A DNA stretch of 63,794 bases, filler included, from Asterionella formosa (taxonomy: Eukaryota), in NCBI GenBank assembly GCA_002256025.1. It is 8 parts of 8 records of this genome, joined end to end, with 100 filler letters (N's around TTAATTAATTAA, not from the genome) between each part and the next. Parts side by side here need not be neighbours in the genome. Positions count along the whole stretch, not along the records: positions 1 to 19,091 come from NKIB01003835.1; positions 19,192 to 38,260 come from NKIB01003847.1; 6 more parts are not named here. The stretch is one strand, 5' to 3'. Positions 13,200 to 24,131 of the stretch are shown piece by piece. How positions within the stretch are numbered: position 1 is the stretch's first letter; each line of letters starts with the position of its first letter. The notes under the pieces are model-generated. The model searched no databases, was not told the DNA's origin, and saw only the letters and a program-made list of their open reading frames with translations. A program made the translations under genes and the position numbers.

Positions 13200-13740
13200 C
13201 GAAGGATGGAGATTGTTTAAGGTAATGAAGCCATCAATGTGGTACTTGGATGACAATCGTTGGGAGACAGGCAGCACAACAACAAATTGTTAACTAAACG
13301 CAGCCACATTTCCTTTTTTCTCAGTTGATTCAACAGCTCGTTTCGCTTGTTGGGGAGCACCAATGTAAAATAAAACAAAAATGCATAAGTGCTCTTGTCG
13401 CTCGTTGGACCTATTCACTTCTGTTGGAACAAAACTGACAAAACTTTTATCTTCTCTCAAAGTTAAGTTGACAAAAATGAACCGGTAAGTTTTATTCGAC
13501 AACATTGGATACTACCCGAAACTTACTTATTCAAGAATTTACTAACAATTTACTATTACAGACTTATGCATCAGTTGCATTGATTTGGCTGTGGTAAGTG
13601 AAGCAAGAGGATACGATGGAATTGCGTGTTCTTGTGTCAATGTAACATGACTAGCTAACAAATCATTCCTTCTCATTGTTACTGTAACTGCATGCATAGG
13701 AAAATGAAACCGATCAAACAGAATAGCCGGCGAGTTCACA
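13200..13740 (-). pseudogene. Decayed conserved ORF near the right end of the CMC element
   Basis: FYIGAPQQAKRAVES here vs LTVGQPQNRKGAIES at ~47755-47800. DNA similarity between 13550-13690 and 48000-48140. Confidence 0.45.
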
Positions 13741-14362
13741 ATGACACTAACGGCAGGGAGAGAGACACAACATTAGTAAGGCATTGCTTGGCACAAGCTT
13801 GACACAAGATTCAGAAAAGAGGAAGAAAATGGTGAGACAGGAACAATATACATTGAGCCGAGTAGAGAGAGAAACATTGGGTTGCTGGCATGTAGATTAA
13901 TAGATAGCATTTGCTTAATTTGATAGTTAAATTACGATCCATTTCAATCTACAATCCATTTCAATCTATTTTGAACAATGCTTGTGATTAGAATTATGAT
14001 CATGTTTACGATAGATTTACGATGAAACAATTCACATGATAGCATAGAGTTGAGCTGGTTTTAGGATACGTTGCAGTTATAATTTACATCAGGCGATCAA
14101 CGGAAGTGAAAATAATATGAGAAGGTTTATGATATTGATGGGAAATGTTGTTGATCAGTTTATTTACATTGTACATTGTGTGATAATAATGTTCTTATTA
14201 TCATTATACTTCAAGGTCGGTAAAATATTAATAAATCATCATAGTTACAAGATACCTTGATCATATTTTTGATCCAAAAATTATCATATATACGAAAATC
14301 CTGTGCCACTTAGCGTACGATACCCTTGATCCTATATGCATGATACTTTTTATTTGCAGACG

Positions 14363-15419
14363 GATCCATGCATTTCTTCTTGAAACGTGATTTGAAATTG
14401 GTTCTAATTGATTGTATCTATGTTGATGACTGCATTGTCGCAGGAGAACAAGCCGATGTTGACTGGCTTAAGGCTGAAACCAAGAAGACTTTCACCATGA
14501 AGGAACTCGGACCAATCAAGAAACATTTAGGAGTTTGTCATGACTGGGGAAAGGATGCTGATGGAAGATTTCTTGAATAGTAGAATATTTCGTTGAAGGA
14601 TTGTTTGAAGATTATAAGAATCTCTTTGGACATTATCCCGCAATTGCACCAACTCCCGGATTGCCAGGTACAAGTCTGTCCAAGAATGATACCCACAATT
14701 TTCTACATAGTGAATACAGATCAATGGTTGGAAAAATCTTTTCTTTTGTAAAGAAGATATCTCCAATTTGTGCCAATGCATGTCGAGAATTGTCTCAGCA
14801 TCTGGAGAATCCAGGAGAGGCTCATTCGAAGGCGGTTAAACATCTGTTGGTATTTTTATATGCAGACAAGAAACATTGGCGAATGAAGATGCGAACCCCA
14901 AGTGAAATGCGCCCAATGGATGTTGTTGACAGCGGATTTGCAATTAACCCCGATACTCGCAAAAGTACAAGTGCATATCTCAGAACTATTGGAGCACGCT
15001 CCTTGGTAACTTGGTCATCCAAAGGACAGAACATTGTAACAACATCAAGCACAGAAGCCGAGTATGTCAGCCTAAGTGACGGTGTCAAGGATACTACATT
15101 TGTTACAAATCTATTGGATGAGGTCTACTATGTGGAACTGCCAGCAATAATTGCTGAGGACAACACTGGAGCGATTTTCCTAAGCAAAAAAACCCAACAA
15201 GCTGGATCAAGGACAAAGCATATTGATGTCAGATATCATTTTATACGTGAGAAGACTGAAGATGGATATGTTGTTGTAGTCTATGTACAAACATGTGAAA
15301 ACTCTAGTGACCTGCTGTCAAAGAATGTAACTCAAAAGGTGCATGAATTGCATGAAAAAGATATTTGCAATGGGACAATGGATTGTTGGAACTGGAACAG
15401 GGAGGATGTCAAGATTTAG
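14363..15419 (+). pseudogene. Copia RT C-terminal half and RNase H
   Basis: DPCI, YVDDCIVAG, KELGPIKKHLGV, YRSMVG, SSTEAEYVSLS, RTKHIDVRYHFIRE. Stop/frameshift near 14580. Confidence 0.9.
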
Positions 15420-15736
15420 TACTGCGTGCATATTAGTTCAGTCGAACTAATCAATCTTGAATAAAATTCCAGTCAAAATCCTGTATTAAAATGCTGTGAG
15501 AATTTGAACAGTATTGATCGCCAAGAACTATATCAGCAAACCAAGGAAAATATTCGAATGGAGAATGTTCTAAGTAATCAATATTTCAATGAAGGAAAGG
15601 TTTATATGCAATGCAGATAGCATTGAATATTCACGATTGTTGTAGTAAGTGAGTGGAGTTAAGTTGTCAGTTGAGAATTGAATGTCTAACAACGCAATGA
15701 ATATCTACATACAAATTTGGGAAGGGAAACTTAACA
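15407..15736 (+). repeat. Probable 3' LTR of the truncated Copia
   Basis: Purine tract AACAGGGAGGA immediately followed by TGTCAA...; candidate end ...TTAACA. No second LTR is present to confirm the end. Confidence 0.5.
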
Positions 15737-16750
15737 GTTGGTCATGTGAATGATTAAAAAATAGATCAAATAAGCTCACAATAAGGTGGGATTAGAACAG
15801 AAGGATTTAATAGCTTGTCAAGAAAGAGCTAGCATTGCAGTCAGACTGCAGAAGAACTTAGCATTATGGTTCCTGGACCCCCCTGCATATTTTTCTCGAG
15901 GTGGATGCAAACACCAAATAATTTTCTTGTCATAGACAAAGTAACGTGCTAAAATTCTTCTTGTCCTTGTAGGCTCTGGTATATAATTATTTAGCTATAT
16001 ACACAATAGAACTTAGGTAGTGGCTGTGAGCAGCTGGAGAATCCTTCATCATGTTGTCGCAACCTTGACCATGACGAAAATACAAATTATACAAATAATC
16101 TCCACGAAAGTTGCTAGAGAACGATGCTTTGATACTTGCTACTTATATTAAGAACGACATGGAAAATACGATTGTAAAAGAATTAAAGTAATAATACTAA
16201 TAATTACAAAGAAAATTGAGGTCGCCGATAACAACATAAAGTTGCGTTTTTCTTGCAAGGTGAAGAACTCTCTTATTTTTCACATCTCGGAAATAATAAT
16301 AATATTAGCATATCTGAGAAAAATGTGCGCTATCCTGTAGAACTAATGAATTTTGCTTAGGTCCAGTATTAGGGAAATCTCTATATTGTCCTGGGTCCCT
16401 CTAAGTAAAATCAGTTAAATTCAGTTATGGAAGTGTACATTTGGTGGTCCAGGATTATGAAGTAGATGGTATGCAAACCCAAAAAGGAATGCAATATATT
16501 AATAGAGCTCACATTAGTAAAAGTATGTAATTTGTAATACATGACATGTGTTGTCCATCTCCATGTTGATGGATCCTTCTGCATTGGTGTGAACAAACGA
16601 ACAAGTTAACAAAACAAGCATCAATTAGGGAAAATCTATAAAGAAGAGCAAAAACATAAAAACTGCAGTTTCACAAAAATTATCGAAATGTAACAATCAC
16701 GTAATTACAACATAAATACTAATTAAGCCTTCGAAATAATACCATAAAAA

Positions 16751-18415
16751 TCATTTCCCACTTTGGGCCAAAATGCAAAGTGCTCCATTACCTTTTTCTT
16801 GGATACCAGCATTGGATGAGTGATTTCGTATAGCAGCCTCAATTGCAGCTTTTCCACTGGCATCGGAAATCGCCATCTTGTTGTAGTCGTTATTCAAAGC
16901 CAAGTTCCAAAGCGCTCCACAACTACTATATTGCACATTAGCATTGGATGAATGAGTCTTCATTGCAGACAGAATCATAGGGATGCCTCCTCCTTCAGAA
17001 ATTGTTTCCTTGTTGTTTTCATTATTGTCAGCCAAGTTATTCAGTGCTGCACAACCATAGTGTTGCACATTTGCATCGGCTGAATGAGTCTTCATCGCAG
17101 AAAGAATCATAGTAATACCTCCTGCTGCAGCAATCATCACCTTATTGTTATCATTCATAGCCAAGTTATTCAGTGCTGCACATCCATAGTGTTGCAAATT
17201 AGCATCGGCTGAATCAGTCTTCATCGCAGAAAGAATCATAGTAATACCTCCTGCTGCAGCAATCATCACCTTATTGTTGTCATTCATAGCCAAGTTATTC
17301 AGTGCTGCACAACCATAGTGTTGCAAATTAGCATTTGAGGAATGATTCTTCATCAAAGACAGAATCGTTGTGATACCTCCTGCTTCAGCAATTGTCACCT
17401 TTTTGTTTTCATTCACTGACAATTTTAAAAGTGCAGCACAACCAAAGTGTTGCACATCAGCATTTGAGGGAAAAAATTTCATCGCAGACAGAATCAAAGT
17501 GATACCTCCTGCTTTAGCAATTGTGACCTTGTTGTTTTCATCAACAGCCAAGTTATTAAGTGCTCCACAACCATAGTGTTGCACATTAGCATTGGACCAA
17601 TGAAAACTCATCGCAGACAAAATCGTAGTGATACCTCCTGCTTCAGCAATAGTCACTTTGTTGCTGTCATTATTATTAGCCAAGTTCAAAAGTGCTCCAC
17701 AGCCATTGGATTGCACATTGTCATCGAAGGAATGAGTCTCCATTGCAGACAGAATTGTAGTGATACCTCCTGTTTCAGCAATCGTCACCCTGTTGTTGTC
17801 ATTCATAGCCAAGTTATTTAGTGCTCCACAACCATAGTATTGAACTTTAGAATGGGACGAATGGGTCTCCATCGCAGACAGAATTGTAGTGATACCTCCT
17901 GTTTCAGCAATCGTCACCCTGTTGCTGTCATTCATAGCCAAGTTATTAAGTGCTGCACAACCATGGTATTGCACATAAGTGTCGAAGGAATGAGTCTTCA
18001 TCGCAGACAGAATTGTAGTAATACCTCCTGCTTCAACAATCGTCACCTCGCTGTTGTCATGATTACAAGCCAACTCCCAAAGTGGTGAACGACTTTCTTT
18101 GTAAATGTCAGCATTCTGCTCATTCATTTGTTCAATCTCTGAAAGAACTGCAGTAATCGGAGACGAAACGGAAGAGGCAGTTTGCTGAGGCATAAGAGTC
18201 GTTAAAACAGTAGGCCCTTGGGTATTCCTACGTTCATGATGGCATTCAGGGCAGCTGTCTCGCAAAGTCTTCCAACCTCCAAATCTCTTCTTTTTGCGAA
18301 GCTGAATGTCTGCGTGATGAGGACAGAATCCATTCCTAATGAGCTCAACTTGCACATCATGCTCGCTTGTAATTGAAGCATCATGGGTAGGGGCGCATGA
18401 AACTCCAGATGACAT
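16751..18415 (-). CDS. Armadillo-repeat protein (10 repeats) with N-terminal CxxH...CxxC motif, paralog B
   Basis: Intact intronless ORF. First ATG at 18415 (the track start at 18460 is a GTG). GFCPHHADIQLRKKKRFGGWKTLRDSCPEC followed by ten ~42-aa ARM repeats. Confidence 0.92.
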   Translation of the reverse strand: MSSGVSCAPTHDASITSEHDVQVELIRNGFCPHHADIQLRKKKRFGGWKTLRDSCPECHHERRNTQGPTVLTTLMPQQTASSVSSPITAVLSEIEQMNEQNADIYKESRSPLWELACNHDNSEVTIVEAGGITTILSAMKTHSFDTYVQYHGCAALNNLAMNDSNRVTIAETGGITTILSAMETHSSHSKVQYYGCGALNNLAMNDNNRVTIAETGGITTILSAMETHSFDDNVQSNGCGALLNLANNNDSNKVTIAEAGGITTILSAMSFHWSNANVQHYGCGALNNLAVDENNKVTIAKAGGITLILSAMKFFPSNADVQHFGCAALLKLSVNENKKVTIAEAGGITTILSLMKNHSSNANLQHYGCAALNNLAMNDNNKVMIAAAGGITMILSAMKTDSADANLQHYGCAALNNLAMNDNNKVMIAAAGGITMILSAMKTHSADANVQHYGCAALNNLADNNENNKETISEGGGIPMILSAMKTHSSNANVQYSSCGALWNLALNNDYNKMAISDASGKAAIEAAIRNHSSNAGIQEKGNGALCILAQSGK

Positions 18416-19091
18416 GTTTGATTTGTTCTCGTTGATTGCTTTGATTGTTTGTGATCGCACGTTGTGATGAAACGCCTTATTCTTTCTTTGCTATTGTTGT
18501 TTATGCAAATCTTGCGTTCTTGAGTCCTTGAGTGCTGCTACTGCAATAGTTCCTCTACTGGTGTCACCTGTCGATGATTTCTATCTTACATTCACGCTCC
18601 AAATTCATTCAGTCATCGCTCATGCCGAAACTTTTGTGTATCATACCGTAATTGGTAAAATTAAACCCAAGTTGTATTTTCCCGTAGGCCTCTGGTATGT
18701 GTCTACTGGGTCATGTTAATACTGGCACGGTATTGATCTGAAAATACTAGTGGAAGCACCGTGTTACAACAGTATTTGCCAGTAGAAAAATTAAACCCGG
18801 TTTAACTGGGGGTTTAATTTTTTGGTTTAATTAAACCATAACTGTACGCACGATCATCGTAGGAATATACACTGTACCTGGTACCTGGTACCGGTCGTTT
18901 ACACAAATTAAACCCCATCCTCATTCATGTACCGGTACTGGTACCTGGTACCTGGTACTCGGTACTTCGGTATGCAGCAGCAGTAAGGAGAGGAAGGTGT
19001 GACTGATGGGACACCAACAGCAGGTGAAGGAGGGAAGTCTGAGCTGCCAGTTTGCTTTTGGAACTATATACTTGGGTTGCACTGCCTCCCA

Positions 19092-19191
19092 NNNNNNNNN
19101 NNNNNNNNNNNNNNNNNNNNNNNNNNNNNNNNNNNTTAATTAATTAANNNNNNNNNNNNNNNNNNNNNNNNNNNNNNNNNNNNNNNNNNNN
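19092..19191. other. Artificial contig linker (N44-TTAATTAATTAA-N44)
   Basis: Identical 100-nt linkers also at 38261-38360, 39541-39640, 40821-40920, 42101-42200, 43382-43481 and 44661-44760. Confidence 0.98.
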
Positions 19192-19300
19192 ATTTCAAAT
19201 AATTATGTGAAGTATTTCAAATAATTATGTGAAGTATTTCAAATAATTATGTGAAGTATTTCAAATAATTATGTGAAGTATTTCAAATAATTATGTGAAG
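19192..19300. repeat. 22-bp tandem repeat ATTTCAAATAATTATGTGAAGT x5
   Basis: Five near-perfect copies at the start of the contig. Confidence 0.95.
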
Positions 19301-20620
19301 GTGATCACGTAATATAGTGATGATCAGGAATGCATGCATGATACTCTCATCAAATAATTAACGTGATGTATTCAGATAATATATAGATATATTCAAGTAA
19401 GCATTTTGATGTATTCAACTAATTCATGTGATCCATTCAAAATCAACTAGGCTTATTTACGTGATGGTCACTTCACGTAATACGCGGCTTAGATGTATGA
19501 TACATGACAAAACATTGAATCTGTCTCATGTCAGTCATCAGCTGGATAGCATTTGTTATTAACAGGATAATTACTGTCTGGATACTGCCATTTTTGTAAT
19601 GTGGGATATTTAAATTGCATAGTAGGATTTAATATATCACATGCATGATATCACCAAACTACCGGTATGCACATTACTGAACAAATTAATATTTTTGTCA
19701 TAACAAACCTTTTCATAGGTGAAGAAAGGTTTACCCTTCGTGTAGGAGAGTGAGCAATCCCGGTCAACTACACAAACACCTATAGGTTTAGAGTTACATA
19801 GATTATATCAGAACTCTATCATCAGGAGAGAACTCGACTACCGGTAACACGTATTGAATACTTCATTGTCAACCTACCGGTAGGAGAACGAGTTGCACAC
19901 AAGGATTAACCAATAAGATCATGTATTCAACAAAGAACAATACTACCTGTATTACTGGTACTTCTAGTTAGATACCTACACTTCACCTGGTACCAGGTAC
20001 CGGTACCCACAAACAGAATGGAGGATGCCGCACCATTGTTGCAAAAAGGAGTGTCGATGTAGAGGTCGGCATTCCTTCTTTCCTCGACCTCGTACAAACT
20101 TCGTAAAGTCTGCTTCTGCAAAGAGCTCATACGACACATGCCGGCATGACAGCTAGTACATAATAGGCAGATTAGGAACACCATGACCAGGTACCAGGGT
20201 ACCAGTACCTGGTCTGCCGGCACATGATATTTAGCTGCATCTTTTCCTAAGTATAAAGCGTGTTTTTCCGGACCTTCCTGCATACCGGTAGTAGGGTGTT
20301 TACTGGTACTCTCAAAAATTGCCCCATTATTGGATATCACACATTATTGATTTATGCTGGTACATGAGGTTCGCCGTCAAACGACCAACGGCAGCGTACC
20401 GGTATCCCTTATACCTATACCACCTTCATTCTCTTACAGTGCCAAAGTATCTCGTGCTGTCATCATTGGACTTGTATTCGCAATTCTCTGGCCTCACTTC
20501 CAGTCGTTCCAAATCGTAGCAAGAACAACGCATCGCTGCAGCGAAACCTCCCCCACCTCCTTCCTTCGACGCACTACTACAACCAGCACTGGCCCTCCCG
20601 TCTGTAGCAGCACCAGCATC

Positions 20621-21672
20621 ATGCCATTATCCTACGCCCTTTTGGCCTTGCAAAACGCAGAAACATCCAATGCCATTATTGAGTCTTGGGCCAATTCCGA
20701 GACTTTCCAAAAACTAGCCGAGACAGAAGGCGCCCTCACTGTAGCTCGGGACAATGAAGATGGTGAAAAGCTTCAACTGGGAATTGATTTTGCCAAGGAA
20801 AAGGGAGTCATTGACCCAAACTATGTGCCGGAGCCATATTTGCAAATGGATGTCCTGGGAAAGACTCCAGAGTCCGTGGCGGACGACATTATCGCGGCAG
20901 TCACAGCGCACTCGGACGGGGCTGGCTCTGTCATTGTCCTTTGTGGCTTGAGTGGAACAGGAAAGGTAAGTGTGCTGACATACACACATGTGCCTTCAAT
21001 CACATGGAGCAGCGATTTGTAAGTCATAGTGTTGGATTCACCTTTTTGATCCCCATTGTGCGACAGGGAACGACTGTCTCGATTCTTAAACAAAAGTTGG
21101 GAACGGATGGCACGATGGTTGTGACTTGGTCCAATGGAAACATCTTTAGAGCCGTCACATACTTGGCAGCCACTTGGTGTGAACAGAACGGATGCGACAC
21201 GTTTGATGCTGATAAGGCCCTCACAAAGGAAAATTTGGCATCCTTCATGACGATGCTCTCCTTTGACAAATTCCATGGCAAGTACGATACACGCATCCAT
21301 GGATTGGGACTCGACATGTACGTTTCCCAAGTGGAAAACATGGAACTTAAGGAACCCAAAGTGTCCAAGAACATTCCAACTGTCGCTCAATTTACCCAAG
21401 GAGAAGTCATTCTGTTTGCCGCTTCTGCCATGGAGACCATGGGTAAGGATGGAATCATTGTGTTGCTAGAGGGGAGAGAGCAGACGGTCAATTATGTCCG
21501 ATCCCCACATCGGTTCACTTTGATCTTGAGCGATGACACGTTGATTGGCAAACGACGGGCCGCTCAACGACTCATGGCAGCGGCACTAGGAGAACTCGGC
21601 CAGGAGGCTTCGGAGGTGGAGGTTCATGCTGCATTGGATAAAGCTCTTACCAAGATGGTGGCAGACTTGTAA
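20621..21672 (+). CDS. Cytidylate-kinase-like P-loop kinase (2 exons, ~316 aa)
   Basis: Exons 20621-20965 and 21067-21672 (GTAAGT...CAG intron) join into GLSGTGKGT (Walker A). WSNGNIFRAVTYLA and LLEGREQTV resemble the Cmk LDTGAMYRA and VMEGRDIG motifs. Confidence 0.75.
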
Positions 21673-21949
21673 AGTGCAAGGTTGGATATCTCGAAAAAAA
21701 CATGGATTTTTAAAAGGCTCATGACACTAACATTAAATTGACCTACAACGAATAGAATGAGAATAATAGTGTCTATAGTTGATATATCCCGCAGCTATGA
21801 TATGAGGGCTTTGCGGACGAGCAAGATATAAAGGCGTCACTTGGACTTGAGATCTTAGCTGGATCCAATGCCTAAGACGACACAAAAACAAAAGATTTTT
21901 AAGCGTGCCCAGACAGCGCAGAAAAGGGACTGAAGAGTAAACACAGAAA

Positions 21950-24131
21950 TTACCAAGCGCCATCTGAGAAGTTTCCCCCTCCTCCTCCACCACCATATCC
22001 CCCTCCTCCATAGCCTCCACCACCGTATCCCCCTCCTCCACCTAATCATAATGAAAACAAAACGAATAATGAGTGAGCACAGGAAGTAATGGCTGTAAAT
22101 GACAACAATGGCTGTAAATGACAACATACCACCACCATATCCCCCTCCTCCATTATAACCACTTCCGCCACGGCCTCCACCACCACCACCACGGCCTGAA
22201 CCGTTACTTTCGTAGCGAACATCGCGACCTCCAAAGTTCTTTCCCCCACGTCCACCACCGCCTCTTCCTCCACCAGAAGACCGACCTCCAGTATATGAAC
22301 ACATCTGGTTAAGCCAAGCAGGAACTTCTTGCTCATTCTCGTCAAGAAGGTCACGAAGCTCACGGATAACACCAGAATTCTTCTCGTTAACAAAAGATAG
22401 AGCAGCTCCAGTGTTTCCTGCGCGTCCTGTACGTCCAATTCTGTGAACATAGTCATCAATGTTGGTCGGAAGATCAAAGTTGACCACTTGGGTGACGTTG
22501 GGAATATCCAGACCACGACTGGCAACATCTGTTGCAACCATAACAGGGGTAAGGGCTTTCTTGAAACTACGCAAGGCGTCTTCGCGCTCTCGCTGGCTCT
22601 TGTCCCCGTGAATGGAACAGGCAGGGAAGCCCTTGCCACAAAGAATATCCTCGATATAATCACAAGATCTTTTGGTTTCGACGAAAATCAGAATCAGACC
22701 TTCTTCAACGGTAAGAAGGAAACGCATCAATGTTTCAATCTTATCGTTTTGTTCCACATATTCCACCGTTTGGGTAACATCCTTTGATGCGGCACCAACG
22801 CGTCCTACGGTCAAAAAAATATAGTCTCTGAGAAAGTCACTGGCAAGTCGCTGAATATTCGGCGGGAAAGTAGCACTGAACAACATCGTCTGGCGATCGA
22901 TTCCCTGCGGCATGCCCTCTTCTTCGACAATTCGACGAATTTGGGGTTCAAACCCCATATCTAGCTGTAATAGTTACATTTGTTGGGGAAGGTTGAATGA
23001 GATATTATGTCAAAACATAGAGTCCATGTCTTTGATAACTGCACTTACCATACGATCAGCCTCATCTAAGACAAGAAAACGAACATTGTCCATGGCAAGA
23101 CGACCCCTTTCAATCAAATCGACGAGACGTCCAGGAGTGGCCACCAAGAGATCGCATCCCCTATCAATTTCCCGCAGCTGTTCGCGTACATCGGCCCCAC
23201 CGTAAACCACAACGGATGCGATACCAGTGCAGTAGGTGAATTTCGCTGCTTCATCCTGAATCTGCGAGGCTAGTTCACGGGTGGGCGCCAAAATCAGGGC
23301 TTCGGGATATACGCGACGACGCGCATTTTCTGGTTGTTCCTGAGCTCCATGTCTAATCATGGCCATAATGATGGGAAACAGGAAACCGGCAGTCTTTCCA
23401 CTTCCCGTCTGCGCACACGCCATGAGATCTCTACCGGCAACACCAATGGGGACGGAGTATTTCTGAACAGGTGTGGGTTTTGTGTATCCGCAAAGAAGCG
23501 AGTTTCGGTATAGATCCTCCCCGACCGTTTCCACACTGTAAGCTTCGATAGGTTCTGGAATATCGTTTCCACTGCTTTCAACAGGGATTTTGTCGTAATT
23601 GTCAAAGTTGATCCCAGTAGTTTGCTGGCCTTCGCGCTCAAAAAGAGACCGCTCCATGCGTTTGTCTGGACGCATGTCACCATGAAAGCCCCGCTCGTTG
23701 ACGTTGGTGTGATTGTCTCTCCGTGCGAAGGAGCCTCCTGCTCCTCTACCACTTCCGCGGGCATCTCCAGCTGAAGCATTGGACCACCGCGAATTGGTGG
23801 CCGGAGGGGCGCGTTCGCCTGCGACTGGAGGCTCTGGAGCGCGTTCGTCTCTGAATGTCCCGCGACCCCCGCCTCCTCCCTTCGAGGAATCGAAGTTGCC
23901 GCGGCGGGAGTCGTCATTGTAGCTTTTGGTGGCAGGGCGCCTGTCGTTGCTGAACGAAGCAGTGCCGCGGCCACCACGGCCGCCGTCGCGGAAAGAGCCA
24001 CTGGGCCCATCGGAAGAAGGAGGTGCGGAGGATCCACCACCCTGAGAGTTTCTCAGGTGCGGTGGTACATACTTGCTGCCTGTTTGCGCGGAAATTGTTG
24101 TTGTTGTTGTTGTTGTTGAGAGCAAGGACAT
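21950..24131 (-). CDS. DED1: DEAD-box RNA helicase, Ded1/DDX3 family
   Basis: YVPPHLR N-terminal motif, [59 protein letters not shown] tail ending DGAW*. Introns 22965-23048 and 22042-22129. The true first exon may lie further upstream. Confidence 0.93.

Larger units (their letters stand above)
3417..14362 (-). mobile_element. 10.9-kb Plavaka/CMC (EnSpm-related) DNA transposon with cargo ORFs
   Basis: Imperfect TIRs: CATCTACAAAAAAAACTATCAT vs revcomp CGTCTGCAAATAAAAAGTATCAT. 2-bp TSD GA (3415-3416 / 14363-14364). Removing the element restores the Copia RT codons AAA GTG GAT CCA TGC (KVDPC). Internal Plavaka-like transposase. Confidence 0.88.
2245..15736 (+). mobile_element. 5'-truncated, decayed Ty1/Copia LTR retrotransposon, split by a nested DNA transposon
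   Basis: Integrase C-terminus (LWAECTNT...KLDDKAINCVMIGYSENHSGDTYRLFNP), RT (DFTDSFAPV, IDVEASFLEG, YVDD), RNase H (SSTEAEYV, EDNTGAI, RTKHIDVRYHFIRE), PPT and 3' LTR. No gag or 5' LTR seen. Confidence 0.85.

Noticed and set aside
19192..19300. 22-bp repeat as a telomere or CRISPR
   Set aside because: No G-rich telomeric motif and no spacers.
20354..20620. N-terminal extension of the kinase ORF from 20354
   Set aside because: Low-complexity, UTR-like sequence overlapping the GTAC motif zone. ATG 20621 is the more plausible start, though not proven.
21855..21949. DED1 C-terminus as given by the track ORF 21855-22958
   Set aside because: That ORF reads through intron 22042-22129; splicing gives a Gly-rich tail ending DGAW* at 21950.
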